DNA of 64,000 nucleotides, from assembly GCA_951406725.2 (NCBI GenBank), contig OX597818.1:120714001-120778000 (forward strand), read 5' to 3'. The position numbers and the translations under genes were made by a program. The stretch comes from Octopus vulgaris. Lineage: Eukaryota. The notes below the pieces were generated by a model that searched no databases, was not told the DNA's origin, and saw nothing but the letters and a program-made list of their open reading frames with translations. Each line of letters begins with the position of its first letter. The stretch's first letter is position 1. Shown one piece after another: positions 54,348 to 64,000 of the stretch.

Positions 54348-55863
54348 ATGTCACCAACAACAAGCTAAGGTTTTTCTAAATTCTTAGTCGCTTGACATTC
54401 TCAGGCGCTCGCGCACGAACACACACGCACATAACACACAAGTTAATAAGCCTAACTGCTCACACTGTCTCTTATAATTACATATGCAAGCATATGCTCA
54501 CGCACGCTGACAGCCATAATTACTTTCCTTTTTGCGCTTCTCCAAAATTTCATCTCCAGCCAATAATAAATCTCCACCTTTTTATACCCAGAAACCAACT
54601 ACGTGCCTCTCCTTCTTTCAGCATCATTACCACCATAGCTCCTGAATACCAGCACACTGACCAATCTTATTCTTTTTCCTTGATACAGAACCTGATCCCC
54701 AAATGCTTCGGAATTGTTCCTTTCTTTCTGGCAACTTCATGTATTTTAACTATCACATCTCTTATGGATTAGTTGCTGCTGACTCAAACCCACACTGGTT
54801 AATTTCTCTCGACAGCGAAAATCCTTGTCTGAGTCTAATTCTGAACTTTAAAGTTCCGAAAGTGGAAGTTTGGTGTTTAAAACATTGGCGTGAGTTAATT
54901 ACGAATTTAAAGTGTTTCACTAAAATGTTGCAAAGTCCGTATATGTATAACTATATGCATGTCTATATGAATATGTAAGTATGTGTGTGTGCGTGTTCCT
55001 AATATTTTTATATCCCGTCATCTCTGCAGAGTGCGTGGTATTCTTAACCGTGCTGTTAAGAAATACTACGCAAACGGACACTGTTAAAAATGTTCAAGTT
55101 TCAATCAAGTGTTATTATTATGCTATGATTCTTCCATGGTAGCTTTCTCTCCGCAACTTACAAAGCCTTTCTGGTTTGTTTACAAATATTATATGTACTA
55201 TTAGACTGTTAAAGTATATATTTATTAAATTTGGCTGAAATTAATAGGTGAGCGATTGGCCAAATCGGACGCACAAGAGGCCATGTTAGCATTGATTTGT
55301 GGATTCAATTCTGCTTGGGGGTTAGCTCATCATTTTTCGGTCATTTGTTTGCATTTAAAAATTGTCGCTACAGATTGGAGAATATATATCATTATGATAT
55401 GAGTCTTCTAGGAGTCGATGGAATATGTACCAGATGAGCAATGCCGATCTAATTGACTTGTTCTCTATCCTCAACATTTCTGGTTTGATGCCATTAATAG
55501 AAAGAATATTATCATTATCTTTATTATTAAGGTGGTGACCTGGTCGAATTACTAACGCGTCGAGACAACGTTTTGCGACAGATAAAATAAGTACCAGTTG
55601 AGCTCTGGCGTCTATATAATAGACTTCCGTTTCCTCTCAAAGTAGTTGACCTTGCGCCAAAATTACAACTAGCTTCTGAGTCTGTGGAATACGCAGGAAC
55701 TTCTACACAAATGCAATTAGTAGATTGTTTCAGAGATCGAATACTTGGAACGCTTCTCATTGAAATCGACGGAAGATCCATCATATTTTGTTAAATGTTT
55801 ATTTTATGTTGATAAATTAATTTTTAAAATAATCAATAAATGTATTTTGTACAATATTTTTAG

Positions 55864-55990
55864 AATATCCGACATCATTATTTACCAATCAAAGTCTCCA
55901 TGGTTGTGGCCAGCTTTTCTTTTCAATTTGCATCCTTTGGGAAGAGAAGCAGCCAAATGTTTAAAATATCTTCACAGTTTCACCGATAAG
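55864..55990 (+). CDS. CYP4: CYP4 gene C exon 6
   Basis: ISDIIIYQSKSPWLWPAFLFNLHPLGREAAKCLKYLHSFTDK; 127 nt. Confidence 0.95.
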
Positions 55991-57280
55991 GTAGGCCAAC
56001 CATATTTTCGTACTTCACTTGTATGTCGTATTGATTCTTCTATACTTTTCCTACTTAAGACATTAGATTACAGCCATGTAGGTGCAGTGATTGCTAAAGT
56101 TGGTTCGGGAATGAATACTCAGTTTTGTACAGATATACATAAACTAAGACCAAGGCGAATACAAAAGTTTTCTCTCACACATGACAAAAAAAGAAGAAAC
56201 CAAATTATAGCTGCCCCTTGCATTCGGATATAACCTCGCAGCATGTATCATGATTTCAATAATTGTTATTAGTTCTTATATAGTCTTGAGCGGAAGTGGA
56301 CACCTCTCGGACCTCCGGCCCATGACCTGGTGCAACATCGTGTATATGAAAACTGGAGGGAAACAGAGCTATGCCAGTATCCGTCTAGTATCCATTTTGA
56401 GTTGACCAAACGAGCAATTTGAAACGAAGCGCCTTGGTCAAAGACAAAACATCACGACCGGTCCACGAATCATAACCACAAACTTAGATCTTTTATATTA
56501 AAAATATGTGTGTGTGTGTGTGTATGAATGCATGACTGTAACGAGACGTCCACAAATTAAAATCCCTTAAACAGGCATTAGTCTTACCAGAATTAGTATA
56601 TATACATACAATGGACTTACTCGTCGTATTAGATACATGAAGGGTAAAAAAATTTACTGTTTTCCTCGTTTCCTTTTCCTTTTTCAAGATGATCTTGATA
56701 AGTAAATCCCCTGAACAGTCCACGCAATGAAAGTGGTAATGGCTTGTATGGGACCATTCACACATCTTGGTACTGTTGATAGCAACAATTGATGCACGTA
56801 TGCCATGAGACTATTGAACAGTGGATCTCAAGTGGATGCCTCTTGACTCTCATGAGTTCCTCTGCCCTTTGATAGGTCTTGCATTTTTATACTCACCAAG
56901 CAAGCTTGGTGGGGTTGTCGGTGTACTGCCCGACGATTCAGCCATGTAAGACTTTGTACTGGGCTACATGTTGCCGGTAGCACTGAGAGCGACACACACA
57001 CACACTCACACACACACACACACGAATATATATATGTATATGTATATATATTATTCAAAGAAATTCCAACTCTGTTTTTTATGTTTTATTTATATTCTTT
57101 ATAATATAAATGTAGAATATAGAATATATAGTATAAATAATATATATAGTAAAATGAAATGAAGTATTAATTGTCTTATTGAATAGATGAAATGTTGAAT
57201 ATCAAATATTAAAGGGACTCGTATACTTTCTTGCATTAAAGCAGTCTTCAAGGTCTCAGGTTGTGACATGGGTGTTTCAA

Positions 57281-57344
<64 letters not shown>

Positions 57345-57607
57345 ACACATATGCACATACATACACTCACACATGCCGAGATTCCTGACAGGTTACATCT
57401 GCTAAATTTCATCCATAACATATTCGTGAATCTGAACTACAAAAGACGGAACGCTTCCAAAATGTCCTGCCGTGGAATCGAACCGTAAAACTTATGGTTG
57501 TAAATGAAGCTTGGTAGTCATACAGAGATACATGCGTTTGTTTATTTCGACTTTTTTTCTTTATCTCTGAGATTTATCACAGTGCTAACTTCTTTCAATT
57601 GTTATAG

Positions 57608-57787
57608 ATGATTGAAGAGCGCAAAACACTTTATCTAGAAAGCCTTCAGAAAAACTCCAACAATAAAGATGATGAGACGCTCGGAAAGAAAAAAATGGCT
57701 TTCTTGGATACTCTCCTTGATAAATTGCACGAAGGAGAAATAGACAAAAAGGATCTGAGAGAAGAAGTGGACACATTCATGTTCGAA
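57608..57787 (+). CDS. CYP4: CYP4 gene C exon 7
   Basis: MIEERKTLY...KKKMAFLDTLL...LREEVDTFMFE; 180 nt; atag|...|gtaagt. Confidence 0.96.
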
Positions 57788-59109
57788 GTAAGTTTATTCA
57801 CAACACTGACATTCATTAAATGACCAAATAGCAGAGAGGAATTCTTTGCAGTTAATAATATTGCTAATAATATTATAAATATTTCGTATTAAGGCTACGA
57901 GCTGGCAGACACGTTAGTGCGCCGGGCGAAATGCTTAGCGGTATTTCGTCTGTCGTTACTTTCTGAGTTCAAATACAGCCGAGGTCAACTTTACCTTTCA
58001 TCCTTTCGGGGTCGATAAATAAAGTACTTGTTTCGTACTGGGGTCGATGTAATCGACTTAATCCGTTAGTCTGTCCTTGTTTGTCCCCTCTATGTTTAGC
58101 CCCTTTTGGGCAATAAAGAAATAGGTATTTCGTCAGTCGTTACGTTCTCAGTTCAAATTCCGCCGAGGTCGACTTTACCTTTCATCCTTTCGGGGTCGAT
58201 AAATAAAGTACCAGTTACGCACTGGGGTCGATGTAATCGACTTAATCCGTTTGTCTGTCCTTGTGGGCAATAAAGAAATATATAAATATTTCGTATTATT
58301 AACCAGCTCTAAAGAGAGAATTTAATTTTGATATTTCGATGTACTTAAGGCGGCGAGCTGGCAGGATCGTTACTGCGCCGCATGCTAAACGGCATTTCGT
58401 CCATCTTTACATTCTAAGCTCAAATTTTGCCAAAGTCGATTTTGCCTTTCATCCTTTCGAGGATAATAAAATAAGTACCAGTTGAACACTGGTGCCGATG
58501 TAATTGACTCTCCTTCAAAACTGCTGATCTTCCACCAAAATTTGAAACCGATATTCCGATGTTCTCTACATTATGGTTTACATACACCACCGGTTTAGTG
58601 GATATGGACGTTATTATTCTTAATTTATATATAATGTAGCAGCTCCAATGATCAATTAGAACCTCAGTCGTTCTCACTGCAATTTGAAATAAGTCCGTGA
58701 TAATTCATGCGAAATATCTATTATCGGGGACAGTTAAACAACCTAGGCAAACTAGGTAATCGCATCGTTCAATGTAATCTGAGAGCGCCACACAAATAAC
58801 ACAAATATCTTTAAAAGAATTTCTTATTCCATTAAATACACGATATATCAATAATGATAAAAAGAATAGAGTCCGCTCCTAGAAGAAGAGTGGAGCGAAG
58901 AAGATGAGAGGGGCGTGTGGAGTGAAGACTTTTCAAATAATTCAGTATGAAATATTTCTAATTTTATCAGATAATAAATTTACTCGATAATATGCACCAT
59001 ATTAAAATTATATAGTTCTGGTGGGAAAGTTTATTATAGTTTTTCAATGGCATTTTTCAGCTCGTTTAAAGTAGGAGAAAACTAGAGAATTTTGCGGAAA
59101 AGTTTGTTA

Positions 59110-59560
59110 CAATGGGCATAGAGTGTAGGGCTGAAAAAGAGGGAGCGCATTGTAGAACTGGAAAAAGGGGCTGCATATTGTAGAGCTGATGACAGAAGGG
59201 GGGTACATTAGAGAACAAGAAGAAAGGAGCGCATGCTACAGAACTGAGAGAAAGCTGTACACATTACAGGGTCGGGAGAATGGGGCACAAATTGTAGGAC
59301 TGGAAGACTGGGGTGAATTATTGTAGGGTTGCGACAAGAGGTGCAGATTATAGAGTTGGAGGAAAAGAGAGTACATTGCAGTTGTGTGAGAATGGTGTGA
59401 ACCTTGTAGAGTTGGGAGAAGGAGGGTGCTCGTTGTAGGGCTGGAAGAAAGTGGGTGCACGTTGTAGGACTGGAAAAAGGGGATGCATATTGTTATATTG
59501 GGATAAGAGAGTGCAAACTGTTGGATTGGGTGAAGGAAACGTACATTATAGGAATGGACT
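59110..59560. repeat. Degenerate ~30-33 bp minisatellite
   Basis: Recurrent unit like attgtagggctggaaaaagaggggtgcac. Confidence 0.7.
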
Positions 59561-60591
59561 AACACGCTTAATATCATAGCACCAGTCCTCTTCATTTACT
59601 CTAAAGCAAATTTTTTCCCTACTTACGATGGAATACTTCTTTTTATCTTTAATTAGTGTAATTAACATTAATTCCGCATGCACAGCTATAAACTTACACC
59701 AATATCATCGCTCCTTAGGGCAGCGAGCTGGCAACATCGTTTGCACGCCGGGCGAAATACTTAGCGGCAGTTAGTCTGTTTTACGTTCTGACTTCAAATT
59801 CTGCCATGGTCGACTTTGCCGTTCATCCTTTTGGAGTCGATAAAATAAGTACCAGTTGAGAACTGAGGTCGATGTAATCGACTTACCCAAACCTCCGAAA
59901 TTGCTGGCCTCGAGCCAAAATTTGAAATCATGACCACCACTCCTTGACAGTATTTTAAGGAACACAGTTTTCTTTTGTGAAACACTCTCTTATGAAAAGC
60001 AAAAATATGAGACAATAAATGTGCGAAAATGCTCTTTTCAGGCACAAGGCTTGAAATTTTAGGGGAGCGGTCAGTCGGTTAGATCGACCCCAGTACGCAA
60101 CGGGTACTTAATTTATCGACCCCGAAAGGATGAAAGGCAAAGTCGACCTCGGCGGAATTTGAACTCAGAACGTAAAGACAGATAAAATACTGCTAATCAT
60201 TTCGCCCGGCGTGCTAACGTTTCTGCCAGCTCGCCGCCTTAACCCTTTTCGTTATTGTTGCAATGAAATGATTGCTATTGTACGTTTTCTGAAGGAATTA
60301 CCGCCACCCATACTTTCATCTTTATATCAACACGCAGCCGAATTACTCCCTGCTTCTCTTACTGCTCACGCATTTTAGTTTGAGGTAATGCATGTAGATG
60401 AGGTTTTATATCAATACTGCAGGAGGTTCTTGTGCCAAAGTCTATTGCGAATCATCTAAAAATCCCGCAGCGTGTTACTACTGAAATGCATGTTAAAAAT
60501 TTATCCTCTCATTTTTCTAGATTCGCCTCATTTACACCTGCGATTTTATAAATTTGTCGAAAAAAGTGAAATATTTATATTGTTCTACTAG

Positions 60592-60694
60592 GGTCATGAT
60601 ACAACGGCTGCAGGAATTAACTGGACATTATACTTCATAGCTGCTTATCCAGATGTACAAAAGAAGTTACAGAAAGAAGTCGATGATTTTTATG
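60592..60694 (+). CDS. CYP4: CYP4 gene C exon 8
   Basis: [34 protein letters not shown]; 103 nt. Confidence 0.96.
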
Positions 60695-61489
60695 GTGAGT
60701 TATGAACTTCTGATAAACTTTCGTCGTGTAACTCTTATGATGACTCTAATAATAATCCTTTCTACTGCTGGTACAACGCCTAAAAATTTGGGGGAGGGGG
60801 ATACTCTATAACATGACTGGTATTTATTTTATCGACCCCGAAATGATGAAAAGCAAAGTTGACCTCGGTGGAATTTTAATTCGGAACGTAAAGATGATTC
60901 TGCTAACTCGCTGCCTTAGACAGCACATCTCTTTTTAATAATAGACGATATAAATGTTGGTTGGTTGGTTGGTTGACTGACTAGTTTCTCCAGACACGAG
61001 AGAGAAACCTAAAAGACAGAGGAGTAAGTGGAGGAGGAGATAAATGACATTGTGGTTATGGGAAGAGTCATACAAATGAGAAATTCCTTTATTTAATTTT
61101 ATTTTAAAGTAATAAATATTACTCTTTTGAAAAATTAGTATTCATTTCATCATTTTGGTAAGTACAAAGAAGTGTAATAAAAGTCAGATTGTAAATATTG
61201 TATACATATCATATTACCCATGGTGGAAAAATAAACTTCCACAGTTCCACAGTTATCCACCATATGATGGGTAACACTCTAGTAATTATAAATATTTAAC
61301 TAAGTACTAAAGTTGGTATGATTGAGTAAAATATTTGGAGGCTGAGCACGCAGTATGGCGACAGCTCAAAGAGTGAAAGACTAAATCATATCAGAAATGC
61401 ACCAGAGGTTATCTTTAAAATATTGGATTTCGTGTTCTCGTAGACGCTTCTCTGTGAATATATATAAGTATTTTGATTTCTTATTTAAG

Positions 61490-61554
61490 GTGAATCTGAA
61501 GAAGTCACACTGTCAAACCTTAAGAAATTGACCTATTTGGATTGTGTTATCAAG
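61490..61554 (+). CDS. CYP4: CYP4 gene C exon 9 (gene continues past window)
   Basis: (G)ESEEVTLSNLKKLTYLDCVIK; 65 nt; taag|...|gtaaat. Confidence 0.93.
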
Positions 61555-63364
61555 GTAAATGAAAATTTCTTGAATAACTGTAATAAAATAAAAGTTAAAA
61601 CCAAGAATAAATCACAAATCATTATCATATCCAGATATGCGTTAGTTACAATTGGGTTCAGTACCCGTGCGCCACTGATTTGAGGGTTTAAGTAGACCGA
61701 TTGTTGTTGGGTGTAAGGTTTGATCGTAAGTATCCATCTCTCTTTAAAAAAAGAGGAAGATGTATGAAATTGTGTACTTGGTATTTAGAACCCAGGATTC
61801 TTTTGTAGGAAGTGTGGATAGTTTCTTCCTGCTTGGTAGAGATTGTGGAAGAAGTTGTGTGGTGGAGGCAACTGAGAAGGAGTGCAGCTTTTTATCAGTC
61901 AGTCTCCAACAAATTTTCAATTACCACTTGAAGAGCAAGACGAGTATAGGAAAAGAGGTGTTATTTTCCAGTAGATTTTAAATGAAAAGTGGGTGAGAAA
62001 GCAAAACTTGACGTGATTAAATGCGCTTATTCTATCGATGAAGTTCATGCTGAGAACATGAAGGCTCTTTCGTTTAGCTTTTCAAAGAAACTCAAGTTAC
62101 ACACAAGGTACCCCAAACGATCCTTTGTGGTTGTTCTCCTTTTCGAGAAGCGTTCTAGATGCTATTTTATTGTTCTATATTGTTAATGTGGAGGCACAAT
62201 GGCCTAGTGGTTAAGGCAGTGGACTCGCGGTCATAGGATCGCGATTTCGATATCCAGACCGGGTGTTGTGAGTGTTTATTGAATGAAAACACCTAAATCT
62301 CCACGAGGATCCAGCAAGGGGTGGTGGCGACCCATGTTGTACTCTTTCGCTCCAACTTTCTCTCACTCTTTCTTCCTGTTTCTGTGGTACCTGTCTTCAC
62401 AAAGGGCCAGCCTTGTCACACTCTGTGTTACGCTGAATCTCCCCGAGAATTACGTTAAGAGTACACATGTCTGTGGAGTGCTCAGCCACTTGCACGTTAA
62501 TTTCACGAGCAGACTGTTCCGTTGATCGGATCAGCTGGAACTCTCGTTGTCGTTTTATATTTTTTAAATCTAAATATTAATGTCTTTATGCATTGTTGAC
62601 CTCCGTTTTTGGCGAGATATAAATCCTCTGCTAATTCTCGCTTGTTTTAATTGGTATATTTACTATGGCCATCATCATGGATACCTATAGCTACAATAGA
62701 TCCGTTAAAGAAACAGAAAAAAATTCTTTACATCACTTAGGTACGGCCCTTTATGATCTGGGTTCAAATCCCACCAAGGTCAGCATTGACTGTCATCGAT
62801 TAAAAAACTAACATTCAAGTTGAAAGTAGATTTAATCAACCAATCCTCTCCCATCAAAAACTGGCCTTGTGCCTACATTATAAATTGTTATTTGAAAATG
62901 AATTCGCAGAGACTATAGAGCCTTGCGGTTTCGTTTCGGCTCTCTGCACTCTGAAATCAAATCGTGCCGAAATTTACTTTGTCTTCCATCCCTTGGGATG
63001 GGTAAACTAGAACATCAGTCAAGTACTGGGGTTGATTTAAGCAGCTAAATTCCCCACCACCAAATTTTCGGGCCTTGTGCCTATACTAGGAGCAATTTTT
63101 AAGCTGGGGAACAGGCAGAATTTTTGGAGCATCGCACAACATGCTCAATGGCATTTTCGCAGGCTCATTACGTAGTAAGCTCAAATCTCACATAGTCGAT
63201 AAATTAATTACCAATTGAGTGGGACCAATGTAATCAGCTAACCCACTCGCTTAAAAATTTCGGCCTTGTGCTAAAATATGAAATCGTTATTATTGCCAGT
63301 GCTTTCACCTTCATGGCAACGGAAATTTGTATCTCCGTAAGTTTTATATATATATATATATACT

Positions 63365-63679
63365 GTGATACTGTGATAGCCTGGGCTTCCGAGGCCCACA
63401 GCTCTTCAATATCCTCCCGAAGAATCTAAGAGACCTGCATGGGGTGGATGCAGATGTCTTTAAAATGAAACTGGATCTCTTCTTGTCAGGTATCCCAGAT
63501 GAACCAACTTCACGACAGGAGGTGCAGATGAGGGCAGCTGCATCGAACTCTCTCATGCACCAAATGGCAGTTGCCAAAAAGCATGCGTGAAGTAAAACCA
63601 TGTAGCAACACCAAATGGCGGTGCCTCAGCATGGCCACAGCTCATGAGCTGAAACTAGAATCAATCAATCAATCAATCA
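63365..63679 (+). mobile_element. CR1/L2-type LINE 3' end
   Basis: GPQLFNILPKNLRDLHGVDADVFKMKLDLFLSGIPDEP...RAAASNSLMHQ, short 3' UTR and (AATC)n tail. Confidence 0.75.
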
Positions 63680-63727
63680 TATATCTTTTGTTTTTGCTCT
63701 GAAAACTACTGGTATTTTGTTTCCCCA

Positions 63728-63823
63728 ATTATGCTGAGGAACTGATTCACAATGTGGCCGTAAGATTTTTGTTATCATTCATGACGGATTTTATGGGCCA
63801 TATACACACTGAAACGTTGTGCC
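63728..63823 (+). ncRNA. Degenerate hammerhead with long stem II
   Basis: CTGAGGA(63734-40)...atgtggccgtaaga/ttttatgggccatat pairing...cactGAAACGTT(63811-18); stem I poor. Confidence 0.4.
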
Positions 63824-64000
63824 TTAATAAAACTATAATTTCATCAAATTACAGCTTCCTGCCTATTTCTGAAGGAGACTGACCATGCTGCTTACGACCT
63901 CTTCCCCTTTAAAGGCCAGTCTGAACTAAACGGTATTCTCCACTTTAAAAGCCGGTCCGAACTAAACGGTGAGCACCTTCACTGCTGATACTAGCTGAAA

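Overview
AT-rich, microsatellite- and SINE-dense animal DNA, most likely an Octopus/coleoid cephalopod (inferred from the repeat landscape). It holds a CYP4 (CYP4V-like) cytochrome P450 cluster. Gene A contributes only its terminal exon (+, 476-642). Gene B is complete, with 12 coding exons on the minus strand (39120->12314; 1491 nt, 496 aa, all GT-AG). Paralog C lies head-to-head with B on the plus strand (exons 1-9, 45642-61554) and runs off the window. An inverted segmental copy of B intron5-exon6-intron6 sits at ~1436-5690 as an orphan exon. The rest is SINEs, Tc1/mariner deletion derivatives and R4/Dong, Tx1, RTE and CR1/L2-type LINE remnants. The most striking non-coding signal is a set of Penelope-type minimal hammerhead ribozymes. 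One pair sits at the outer ends of a young ~2.4 kb foldback between convergent genes A and B. Another pair forms the 3' end of a tRNA-headed SINE-like element arranged as an inverted pair in intron 5 of B. All coordinates and alignments were read by eye; no searches were run.
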